DNA of 64,000 bases. Source: Candidatus Micrarchaeota archaeon. GTDB lineage: Archaea; Micrarchaeota; Micrarchaeia; Micrarchaeales; Micrarchaeaceae. The notes beneath the pieces were generated by a model, which was given only the letters and a program-made list of their open reading frames with translations, was not told the DNA's origin and did no database searches. Made by a program: the position numbers and the translations under genes. This document shows positions 9,967-17,922 of the stretch, piece after piece. The first letter of the stretch is position 1. Every line of letters starts with the position of its first letter. Location: contig JAGWHO010000006.1 of assembly GCA_028866715.1 (NCBI GenBank), forward strand, positions 2,005 through 66,004. The letters are read 5' to 3'.

Positions 9967-10158
9967 CTATTAACATAAAACGCGTCAGTAATCGGCCGAA
10001 AGTGTCGACGTAAAACCGATTTTCATCGCCTTGCGCACCCAGCTCCCGAGGGAACGTGTAGACTATTCCTGATAAGCTTTAAATACCAAGATGAGCCTTG
10101 GCAGAACTTAAAGTAGCAAAATAGGTTTTTTCAGTAAAAATGACGTCGCATCAAAGGC

Positions 10159-10626
10159 TTATTCGCGGCTGACTGCGACGTTATCGCACTCCTCCTCGAA
10201 TTCCCTGTTGAGGTCGCGCCAGGCAGTCTTGTATGCGTCGTAGCAGCTCTTGTCAGCTACAGCGTAATTGAGCCAGCCGTAGAAAGCGGGATCCCTTATG
10301 TTCATCTCTGCGACTTCCTGGATGTCCGTGTTCCTCACATTTTTCCATTTCGATTCCCTGGCTGCCATATGCTCGGCAGCGATCTCGCCAAGCTCCGACG
10401 AGTTCAGGCCCATCACCCCTCCATTGGTCATGCAGTTCGCTGTCTTCCATGAATGCGATTTTGAGAATGAGGCGACGAGTACGGCTGCGGCGTGCAGCGT
10501 CTTCTCTTCGTTTGACAGGCTTGAAGATACCCTTTGTCCCGGTTTTACTGTGCTTGTTCTCTGCGAAAGTTTTCTTATCTTGTCAGCCAGTATATCGTGC
10601 TTGGTCAAGTTATACTTTATTGGCAT
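10159..10626 (-). CDS. hypothetical protein (155 aa)
   Basis: Only long ORF in this interval with host-like codon usage. No motif recognised. Confidence 0.45.
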   Translation of the reverse strand: MPIKYNLTKHDILADKIRKLSQRTSTVKPGQRVSSSLSNEEKTLHAAAVLVASFSKSHSWKTANCMTNGGVMGLNSSELGEIAAEHMAARESKWKNVRNTDIQEVAEMNIRDPAFYGWLNYAVADKSCYDAYKTAWRDLNREFEEECDNVAVSRE

Positions 10627-10725
10627 TCTAGTCGCCGTACACCCTTATGTACCCCGAATAACCATTTAACGGCAAAATATATAAGCGTTAGTTACAATAA
10701 ATGCACAGAAACAAAGGCGATTTCA

Positions 10726-11139
10726 ATGGGAATATTCAACATATTCGGCAAGAAAGACGTCACGGCAGACATAACAAAGAATGTCCCGTTCAGGTTGTCA
10801 ACGGAACTGGTCCCTTACAGGCTTTACGCGAAGAAGAACAGCAGCGCGTCGCTCATTGTGCGCGTGAAGAACGTGACTAATGAAATTCTGCTGACGTCGG
10901 TGGTGCTCGAACTCCCGAGCCAGCTCGGCTTTGATTCTGTAGGGATGTCAAAGCAAAGGGAGATCAGGGTTGGGGAGGTCGCGCCGCAAGACGAGAAGGA
11001 AGTGAAGTTCGAGATCTTCGGCACCGCTAAGTCAGATGCTGGCGAGTACACCACCACCTTGACCGCGATTGCTCACTACAGGGACTACGGGCATGTGCTC
11101 AATGCCGTTAAGAAGAGAACAACGATAAACGTTGTCTGA
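10726..11139 (+). CDS. hypothetical beta-sandwich (CARDB/DUF11-like) protein
   Basis: The track ORF 10534..11139 overlaps the upstream gene, so I trimmed it to in-frame ATG 10726 (MGIFNIFGKKD...). An alternating beta-strand pattern ends in AGEYTTTLTAIAHY, which resembles CARDB-type domains. No signal peptide. Confidence 0.5.
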   Translation: MGIFNIFGKKDVTADITKNVPFRLSTELVPYRLYAKKNSSASLIVRVKNVTNEILLTSVVLELPSQLGFDSVGMSKQREIRVGEVAPQDEKEVKFEIFGTAKSDAGEYTTTLTAIAHYRDYGHVLNAVKKRTTINVV

Positions 11140-11481
11140 TTATTTCTGCTGCTCAGGCTGTGGCTTCGGTTGCGGCTCTGCAACTGTCTTCTCGTTCAGG
11201 ACGCTCACAGCTCCGGCAAGCATGTCCGCCACCTTTGCGCCCTTTGGCGTGAGCCTCACCTGCTTTATCTTTCCGTGGCGCTCGCTCTCGACAATGCCCA
11301 TGGTCTCGCACGCCGATATGAAGTTGCATGCATGAACGTAGGTTGTGTCTGCAGCCTTCGCCAGCGTCGATATGTACCAGCTCTGCGAGCCGTCCCTCAG
11401 GGCAAGAAGTATCTTCAGCTGCTTGTTCTTGAACAGTATGTTGCCGTTTATCGCTGCCACGAAGCTTTTGTTCAACAACAC
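11140..11481 (-). CDS. winged-helix transcriptional regulator (MarR/ArsR-like), Pro/Gln-rich tail
   Basis: KILLALRDGSQSWYISTLAKAADTTYVHACNFISACETMGIVESERHGKIKQVRLTPKG has an HTH-plus-wing layout. Confidence 0.6.
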   Translation of the reverse strand: MLLNKSFVAAINGNILFKNKQLKILLALRDGSQSWYISTLAKAADTTYVHACNFISACETMGIVESERHGKIKQVRLTPKGAKVADMLAGAVSVLNEKTVAEPQPKPQPEQQK

Positions 11482-11604
11482 AATAAAAAGCTATGCAAAA
11501 CCGCAACTCGATTGGCTGGGAGCTCAAATATTCCGCTAACTGCCAACGGCACAAGGTATTAATAGTTTCTGTTAAATACTATATCGCGACTATAGGTGAA
11601 ATGC

Positions 11605-11856
11605 ATGGTAAAGTTCATAATAGCAAAACAGCTGGTAGGGAAGAAAGTAATAACGACAGACGGATACGACCTTGGAAGGTTTGTAGATGCGGAAGTAAGC
11701 GAGGTAACTGGCAAGATCGTCAACATGTTAGTCGAGCCCAACCTTGACAGCAGCATGGCTGCGAAGCTCAAGTCCGAGGACGGGCAGCTCAAGATTCCGT
11801 ACGCCGCAATCGACGCTGTCAATGACTACATAATGGTCAACAGAAAGAACATGTGA
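11605..11856 (+). CDS. PRC-barrel domain protein
   Basis: MVKFIIAKQLVGKKVITTDGYDLGRFVDAEVSEVTGKIVNMLVEP matches the archaeal PRC-barrel pattern. I moved the start to ATG 11605 because ttaaatactatat lies about 25 nt upstream. Confidence 0.7.
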   Translation: MVKFIIAKQLVGKKVITTDGYDLGRFVDAEVSEVTGKIVNMLVEPNLDSSMAAKLKSEDGQLKIPYAAIDAVNDYIMVNRKNM

Positions 11857-11881
11857 TTCTCGGCCATCAAGCGGTAGAGGC

Positions 11882-12595
11882 TTGTTTTGTGGTGGTCCGA
11901 TAATAATATGCGGCGGTGATGAGGCTGGGCGCGGCGCCATAATAGGCCCGCTAGTCATAAGCCTCGTCTCTGTCAAGAAGAGCAGCCTTCACCTCTTGTC
12001 GGAGATAGGGGTCAGGGACTCCAAAATGCTTCCTGACGAGCGGAGGAGGGCCCTTTTCAAGGAGATAAGCGAGATAGCGTCAGATGTCAAGGTGGCCAAG
12101 ATACTGCCAAGCGAGATAAACGACGCGATGCGCAACAAGATATCGCTCAACGAACTGGAGGCAGTGCACTTCGCCAGGCTGTTCGACACAATTCCTCATG
12201 ACATAAACACGGTCTATCTCGACTCCCCAGACGTAGTCGCGGAGAAGTTCGGCATACGATTCAATATGTCATCGGCCAAGCCAACAAAGGTAGATGGCAT
12301 CAAGGGCCCTGCTGCAAAGGGCATAAAGTGCGCCAAGATCATAGCCGAGCACAAGGCAGACTCAAAATATGCGGTCGTATCCGCGGCAAGCATAATAGCA
12401 AAGGTCACGCGCGACAACGAGATCAAGAAGCTTGAACGGGAATTGAAGATGAAGATAGGCTCAGGCTACCCGTCAGACCAGAAGACCGTAGACCTCATAA
12501 AGAAGAACCTGAAGAACGATTCCCTAACGCAGCACATAAGGGAGCGCTGGTACACAATGGAGCGAATAAAGCAGACATCGCTCACGAGCTTCTAA
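11882..12595 (+). CDS. rnhB: ribonuclease HII
   Basis: GGDEAGRGAIIGPLV (DEAGRG catalytic motif), DSKML, AEHKADSKY..VSAASIIAKV and GSGYPSD are present. Confidence 0.9.
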   Translation: MFCGGPIIICGGDEAGRGAIIGPLVISLVSVKKSSLHLLSEIGVRDSKMLPDERRRALFKEISEIASDVKVAKILPSEINDAMRNKISLNELEAVHFARLFDTIPHDINTVYLDSPDVVAEKFGIRFNMSSAKPTKVDGIKGPAAKGIKCAKIIAEHKADSKYAVVSAASIIAKVTRDNEIKKLERELKMKIGSGYPSDQKTVDLIKKNLKNDSLTQHIRERWYTMERIKQTSLTSF

Positions 12596-12643
12596 GTCTA
12601 AGATTCAGCAACCCTTTTTATTCTGTTAGCACCATCTACTACT

Positions 12644-12718
12644 GGATCTGTGGCGTAACTTGGATAGCGCTCTCGGCTTCGGACCGAGCGGTTGCGGGTT
12701 CAAATCCCGCCAGATCCG
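12644..12718 (+). tRNA. tRNA-Arg (anticodon TCG), no intron
   Basis: Hand-folded cloverleaf. Acceptor GGATCTG/CAGATCC, D stem GCGT/GCGC, anticodon stem CTCGG/CCGAG with loop CTTCGGA, and T arm GCGGG-TTCAAAT-CCCGC. Discriminator G. A T-rich box lies about 25 nt upstream. Confidence 0.9.
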
Positions 12719-12723
12719 CGAAA

Positions 12724-12735
12724 GCTTTTAAATCG
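12724..12735 (+). promoter_or_regulatory. BRE/TATA-like box (aaaGCTTTTAAATCG) for the pilin-like gene
   Basis: Lies about 35 nt upstream of the TTG start at 12765. It matches the recurring (A)AGCTTTAAAT box in this window. Confidence 0.4.
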
Positions 12736-12764
12736 CTTCATTACATAACTAAACAGGTATTAAC

Positions 12765-15041
12765 TTGGGCAAATCAGGCAAAGCGCAGTCTGCAATGGAG
12801 TACCTGGTCACGTACGGCTGGGCCATCCTGATCATCGCGATAGTGGTCTCGCTCCTGTATCTTTACGTCATAGTTCCCAGCACCGTAGTCCCGTCTTCAT
12901 GCACATTCGTATCTGGCGCATACTGCAACAACATAATAGTCGGTACAAACCTGCAGACGCACGTGACGAAACTCGCGGTGTTCCTAACGAACACGCAGCC
13001 GTATCCGCTTGCCAATCCTGCTCTCATAGTAAGGACGGGCAACGTGAATTCGACTCCATACGCGTGCTCCCCTACGTTCGTCCTTGCAGGCGGCTCGGTC
13101 GTCTGTACAGTAACCTTGCCTGTACAGACCTCTTTATCGCAGTTCCTTGCCGGCAGTTTCTATCTGACGGGAACTTATTGTGGCTTATCTTCCAATTACC
13201 AGATAACTCATACCTGCACTGGCCAAGTGCAGACGTACTCAGGCAGCTTCACGTCGCACGTGCAGCCTCTTATCAATACCAATAACATAGTCCTCTTCAC
13301 TGCGCAGAACACGACGAACCCAGCCAACAACGCGAAGGATCCGTTGCGCGCGACAGTTCTGCTTCTCGGTTATCCGCTTAAGGGAGCGACAGTGAACTTC
13401 ACGGAGAACGTCACATCGTACAAGTTGCAGCCAAACCTCACGACGACAAACACAACCGGTGTAGCGCTTTCGTACATATGGGGCACTAGGACAGGTAACG
13501 TCATGGTCAATGCCGTTTATGCAGGCATCTCGAACAGCATCACAATACAGTTTACACCGCCAACAGTCCTGCTGTTCTCGGTTTCCGGATTCGCATACTG
13601 CGGCCAGGATTCCGCGACAATGGTGGTTATCGACGGTACTCCATACACCTGCGCCCAATGGCTCTCATCTCCATTGGCGTGCGGCGCAGGCTCATCCCAC
13701 ACGTACAACTTCTCAAGGACAGTTTCAATATCGTCATCGATACGCGAGATATTCAACAAGGTCATAGTCAACGGCATTTCATCGACATCCAACCACAGCA
13801 CCATAATCTGCCCAAGTGCAAACGAGTCGATAATCGCCAACTACACTACGCAGTTCTATCTTACTGAGACATCTAACCCTGCCGGAGGAGCGGCAACCCT
13901 AACGCCAGGCAGCAACTGGTACAACAACGGCTCCGTGCAAACGCTTTCCGAGACCGCAAACCCAGGATACTTCTTCAACTCATGGTCCTGCACAGGCACA
14001 GGATGCTACACAGGTTCATTGACATCGACATCCCTGCCTGTCAACGCTGTAATCAGCGAAACAGTCAATTATTACTCAACAACATCTACATCTACTACAT
14101 CTACATCCACATCAACTACGACTACCTCAACTTCAACCACTAGTACAACAACAATAACACAGACATACAATCCACCAGGCGGAAACTACAACGGTGACAT
14201 AATATACTCACAGAACACACAGCTATCAAGTCCTGCAATAGCCTCCAACATGATCCTTGTCGAGAGTGGAGTTAGCGTAAATGAGTATGGAAATTACCTG
14301 CAGGGCAACGCATCATTTTATAATTATGGGACTGTCACAGACGCATATTCAGGAGGCGCTGGCGGTGCAGGGGGATCTGGCGGCTACTATTATGATATTG
14401 GAAACTGTAACTCCCCGCAAAACTCCGCTCCGACTTCCGGAAAAACAGGTGCAAGCGGGGTATCAAAGGTCAGCCACTTCATAAGCCAAACGCTTGCCGG
14501 TGGCACCGGTGGCGGCGGTGGCGGTGGCGGTGGCCAAGGAACCTGTACAGCCGATGTGCCTGGCCTCTCTGGCGGCAAAGGAGGCAATGGCGGAGGCATA
14601 GTCGAGATATATGCAAGCGCGTTCAATAATTATGGCATACTCAATGCCAGCGGCTTCCCTGGCGGCTCTGGGTCTCAGGGCAATGGCTGTTATTCATCGG
14701 GAGGGGGAGGAGGCGCAGGTAGCGGAGGCAACGGTGGCACAATAATGATAGGGTATTCGAACAGCATTACACTTGGCACTGTCTACTACTCAGGTGGCCC
14801 AAGTGGTTGGTATACAACTAATAACATAAACTGCGGAGTTAATGGCGGAGGTTCAGGTGGCGGAGATGCAGGTGGAGGAGGAGGCGGCGGAGGATATGCT
14901 GGCGATACTGGTAACAACGGTGCAGCAGGTGCTTTTGGCGCTTGTGGTGGGACGGGAAGCAGCGGCGTTGGCGGCAATGGATGCACCGGCACATCAGCCC
15001 CATCATCAGGAACATTGATAGAGAAGGTATGGACGCACTAA
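12765..15041 (+). CDS. large surface protein with class-III (archaeal type IV pilin) signal peptide, Ser/Thr linker and Gly-rich C-terminal domain
   Basis: The N-terminus MGKSGKA|QSAMEYLVTYGWAILIIAIVVSLL shows the prepilin-peptidase motif. An S/T tract lies at 14076-14159. The last ~230 aa contain repeated GGxGG runs, including G9-type tracts, with interspersed Cys. Confidence 0.75.
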   Translation: MGKSGKAQSAMEYLVTYGWAILIIAIVVSLLYLYVIVPSTVVPSSCTFVSGAYCNNIIVGTNLQTHVTKLAVFLTNTQPYPLANPALIVRTGNVNSTPYACSPTFVLAGGSVVCTVTLPVQTSLSQFLAGSFYLTGTYCGLSSNYQITHTCTGQVQTYSGSFTSHVQPLINTNNIVLFTAQNTTNPANNAKDPLRATVLLLGYPLKGATVNFTENVTSYKLQPNLTTTNTTGVALSYIWGTRTGNVMVNAVYAGISNSITIQFTPPTVLLFSVSGFAYCGQDSATMVVIDGTPYTCAQWLSSPLACGAGSSHTYNFSRTVSISSSIREIFNKVIVNGISSTSNHSTIICPSANESIIANYTTQFYLTETSNPAGGAATLTPGSNWYNNGSVQTLSETANPGYFFNSWSCTGTGCYTGSLTSTSLPVNAVISETVNYYSTTSTSTTSTSTSTTTTSTSTTSTTTITQTYNPPGGNYNGDIIYSQNTQLSSPAIASNMILVESGVSVNEYGNYLQGNASFYNYGTVTDAYSGGAGGAGGSGGYYYDIGNCNSPQNSAPTSGKTGASGVSKVSHFISQTLAGGTGGGGGGGGGQGTCTADVPGLSGGKGGNGGGIVEIYASAFNNYGILNASGFPGGSGSQGNGCYSSGGGGGAGSGGNGGTIMIGYSNSITLGTVYYSGGPSGWYTTNNINCGVNGGGSGGGDAGGGGGGGGYAGDTGNNGAAGAFGACGGTGSSGVGGNGCTGTSAPSSGTLIEKVWTH

Positions 15042-15269
15042 GGGCGTCTAAAGCTGTATATACCGCGTTGTACATGTATTTTGGCAAAACATAAGAACCG
15101 AATAATGACAGTAGCTGGCAGTGCATGGGCATGAACACAAATTCTACAAGCCAGATAATTGTAGAATCCGGCTGGACTCCGTAACTGCAGAAATCCTTAT
15201 AAACCCTAAGGATATAATATATTCGTCTGATTTTCCCGTTAGACACTGCAACATGCAGGAGGGATTTTC

Positions 15270-15902
15270 ATGGAACAGGAATTACACAACAAGTTCAGCT
15301 CATTCGTTGAAGCGAACAAGGGCAAGCGAAAGTTCAACCAGAGCGTGGAGCTTGCGATAAACTTCACAGGAATGGATTTCTCGAAGCAGGACAACAGACT
15401 CAACCTAGAGGTAAAGCTCCCGAACGGAAAGGGCAAAGAGCTCAAGATGATGGTCTTTGCCGATGATTCAAAGATACTCGAGACTGCGCAGAAGGCAGGC
15501 GCAAAGACGGCAAAGGGATCCGACCTAACGTCCATAGCAACAGACAAGGACAAGATGAACGAGCTGTTGCAGTACGAGCTCATCGCACAGCCAAGCCTCA
15601 TGCCTCTGATAGCAAAGTCGTTGGGTCAGTTCCTAGGACCTAGGAACAAGATGCCTAAGCCGCTCATAGGGGCAGATGCAGCCACAATCATAGGTAATGT
15701 TGCAAAATCAGTATACTTAAGAAGCAAGGGCAAGTACCTGCCCACTGTGCACTGCATGGTAGGCACGGAGAAGATGCCTGTAGATGAAATAACCGCGAAC
15801 ATAGACGAGGTTCTCAACGCGGTGATAAAGAAGGTGGGCAAGCAGCACATTAAGTCAGTCTACGCCAAGCTGACGATGAGCGAGCCAATGAAATTGATGT
15901 GA
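15270..15902 (+). CDS. rpl1: 50S ribosomal protein L1 (uL1)
   Basis: Typical uL1 sequence (FNQSVELAINF..., LGPRNKMPKP, VHCMVGTEKM). A GGAGG lies 8-10 nt upstream of the ATG. Confidence 0.94.
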   Translation: MEQELHNKFSSFVEANKGKRKFNQSVELAINFTGMDFSKQDNRLNLEVKLPNGKGKELKMMVFADDSKILETAQKAGAKTAKGSDLTSIATDKDKMNELLQYELIAQPSLMPLIAKSLGQFLGPRNKMPKPLIGADAATIIGNVAKSVYLRSKGKYLPTVHCMVGTEKMPVDEITANIDEVLNAVIKKVGKQHIKSVYAKLTMSEPMKLM

Positions 15903-16744
15903 TACTTATGGCGCTTACAAAGGATCAAAAGAAGAAGTTTGTTGAGGAGCACAGGAAGGAGCTCCAGAAGTACTCGCTGGTAGGCATAATACCTCTTAGC
16001 AAGATACCTGACAGACTCCTTCAATCAACGAAGTTCAGGCTCAAGCCTAATGTCAAGTTCATACTGGGCAGGAAGACGCTGCTGACCAAGATACTCGAGG
16101 GCAGCGAGAAGACCAAGCTATTGACGAAGGAGCTTCAGGACACCTCAGCGATAATACTCAGCAACGAGGATCCGTTCGAGCTTTACAAGACGTTCAAGGC
16201 AAACGTGATAAAGCTAGCGGCAAAGCCTAACCAGGCTGCGCCTGTTGACGTGCACATAGAGGCAGGCGAGACAAGCATACAGCCAGGTCAGGCAGTCACG
16301 GATCTCAAGACAGCAGGAATCGACGTTCAGATACAGAAGGGCAAGGTGGTCATAGCAAAGGACAAGATTATAGTCAAGAAGGGAGACCTGATAACTACTG
16401 CAGTATCAAAGGCCCTGCACACTCTTGACATAAAGCCGTTCAGCGCCGTGATAGAGCCGTCTGTTCTTTTCTCTGGCAACATGATGTTCAGGAAGAATGT
16501 CCTTGGGATAACGCAGGAGCAGACAGTCTCCGATATCGCAAAGGCGTTTAACTCTGCCCTTACGCTCAGCATAGAGGCAAAGATACTCAACCAGTACACA
16601 GTGGCAAGGCTGATAACCCAGGCGTACAACACGGCAATGTACGTGGGAATAGAGGCCAAGCTCTACGACTCTGGAATAATAGAGAAGCTGCTAGCAGAGG
16701 CATACATGAAAGCAGCAGCATTAAATAATTTGAAGCCAGAATGA
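15899..16744 (+). CDS. rplP0: ribosomal stalk protein P0 (uL10), short form lacking the acidic C-terminal tail
   Basis: uL10 N-domain (LVGIIPLSKIPDRLLQSTKFRL...GRKTLL). The 281-aa ORF ends ...AAALNNLKPE. Its start overlaps the L1 stop, and ATG 15908 is an alternative start. Confidence 0.88.
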   Translation: MILMALTKDQKKKFVEEHRKELQKYSLVGIIPLSKIPDRLLQSTKFRLKPNVKFILGRKTLLTKILEGSEKTKLLTKELQDTSAIILSNEDPFELYKTFKANVIKLAAKPNQAAPVDVHIEAGETSIQPGQAVTDLKTAGIDVQIQKGKVVIAKDKIIVKKGDLITTAVSKALHTLDIKPFSAVIEPSVLFSGNMMFRKNVLGITQEQTVSDIAKAFNSALTLSIEAKILNQYTVARLITQAYNTAMYVGIEAKLYDSGIIEKLLAEAYMKAAALNNLKPE

Positions 16745-17046
16745 TGTATGTGGAATGGGTGAAGAATATGGTAACAAAAGACAAGCAAATGACCATCCAT
16801 GTGTTCGACACATGGGTCGAGAACAAGAAGGGCGAGACGATGCATTTCGACGTCTTTACGCTCGATAAGAGCAGTAAAAAGGCAATCGAATGCGCAAAGG
16901 AGTACCTCAAGTCGGTTGGGGAAGAGGATGCAAAGGTCACAGCAAAGGAATGTTCTTTTTGCCACAGCCAGACGGCGCCTGATGCTGCCGTAAAAGATCT
17001 TAAGAAACAGGGATATTTCATATACAAGATGATGAACTGTCCGTAA
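16741..17046 (+). CDS. small conserved-looking protein inserted between P0 and P1 (possibly DUF2024-like)
   Basis: The ATG overlaps the P0 stop (ATGA). The core reads MTIHVFDTWVENKKGETMHFDVFT...AKECSFCHSQ...GYFIYKMMNCP. From memory this resembles DUF2024-type small proteins, which is unverified. Confidence 0.6.
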   Translation: MMYVEWVKNMVTKDKQMTIHVFDTWVENKKGETMHFDVFTLDKSSKKAIECAKEYLKSVGEEDAKVTAKECSFCHSQTAPDAAVKDLKKQGYFIYKMMNCP

Positions 17047-17069
17047 ATTATGCTAAGTAAGGTGAAAAA

Positions 17070-17390
17070 ATGGAGTACGTATACGCTGCACTTCTTTTGG
17101 ATGCTGCAGGTAAGGAAATAAGCGAGAAGCACATAGAGGAAGTAGTCAAGGCTGCAGGATTCACTCCTGACGAGGCCCAGGCAAAGGCTGTTGTGGCGTC
17201 GCTCAAGGGCGTAAACATAAAGGATGTAATAAAGAACGCCCAGACGATGCAGGTACAGGCTGCTGCTGCCCCGGCTGCTGCTGGAGCCGCTCACGCGGGT
17301 GCAGAAAAGAAGAAGGAGGCACCTAAGGAGGACTCAGGCAAGAAGGAGGAAGAGGCCGCAGGCGGACTTGCAAGCCTGTTCGGCGGTTAA
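17070..17390 (+). CDS. rpl12: ribosomal stalk protein P1 (aP1/L12)
   Basis: [10 protein letters not shown]... N-domain, an Ala-rich hinge, and the acidic tail ending [14 protein letters not shown]. Confidence 0.92.
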   Translation: MEYVYAALLLDAAGKEISEKHIEEVVKAAGFTPDEAQAKAVVASLKGVNIKDVIKNAQTMQVQAAAAPAAAGAAHAGAEKKKEAPKEDSGKKEEEAAGGLASLFGG

Positions 17391-17402
17391 TCATTTGAAT
17401 TG

Positions 17403-17437
17403 GCTGTTCTTGTTCAGAAGTCAAAGGCAGGAACAGC
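17403..17437 (+). other. 10-bp stem / 15-nt loop hairpin immediately downstream of the stalk operon
   Basis: gctgttcttg (17403-17412) pairs with caggaacagc (17428-17437), with one G-U pair. It begins 13 nt after the rpl12 stop. Confidence 0.3.
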
Positions 17438-17481
17438 AATCAATTTATATGGTTAGTCAGAACGAGTAATGGATTGATGCT

Positions 17482-17856
17482 ATGGACGTCTATGTACACA
17501 AGCAGAAGTGCACAGGTTGCCAGCACTGCAAGGATGTGTGCCCGGTAGCTGTCTTCGAGATGAAGGGCAGGGGGACCACTGAAAACCCTGACGCAGAGGG
17601 AGCCAACGGCGACACGGCTCCGGAAGAGCACAAGTGGAAGGGCGTGATAGACCCGGCCATGAAGGCAAAGTGGGAAAACGTCTCGGACGGCCACAAGCAC
17701 TTCGCGCATGACAACGACGGCACGAGCGGCGGCCTGTCCGTAGCGGTAAACGGCAGCGCATGCATACTCTGCCAGGCTTGCCTGATAGAATGTGAAGGCG
17801 AGTGCATCACCATTACCGACGACAACGGAACAAAGTACGATTCCATCTACAAGTAA
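17482..17856 (+). CDS. 2x[4Fe-4S] ferredoxin-like protein with a ~70-aa insertion between the cluster motifs
   Basis: CTGCQHCKDVCP and CILCQACLIECEGEC motifs are separated by an acidic/His-rich insert. Confidence 0.72.
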   Translation: MDVYVHKQKCTGCQHCKDVCPVAVFEMKGRGTTENPDAEGANGDTAPEEHKWKGVIDPAMKAKWENVSDGHKHFAHDNDGTSGGLSVAVNGSACILCQACLIECEGECITITDDNGTKYDSIYK

Positions 17857-17860
17857 CGTC

Positions 17861-17901
17861 TCCTTCTTTTCACCTTACATTTTGTTTTCACGCTTTTTCT
17901 T
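17861..17901 (+). terminator. oligo-T tract cluster (archaeal intrinsic terminator-like)
   Basis: cttctttt, cattttgtttt and gctttttctt lie directly after the ferredoxin stop. Confidence 0.4.
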
Positions 17902-17922
17902 GCGCGGCCCTTAGCTGATGCT

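Noticed and set aside
9967-10158. Cobalamin riboswitch or NrdR boxes upstream of the B12-dependent RNR.
   Set aside because: I saw no B12-box-like element (AGYCMGGnGACCkGCC type) and no paired NrdR boxes. Only a generic stem is present. Such riboswitches are not expected in archaea.
14390-14992. Minus-strand ORFs encoding poly-proline runs (PPPPPPPPPVPP...).
   Set aside because: They are the reverse complement of the (GGY)n glycine tracts of the 12765..15041 gene and not independent genes.
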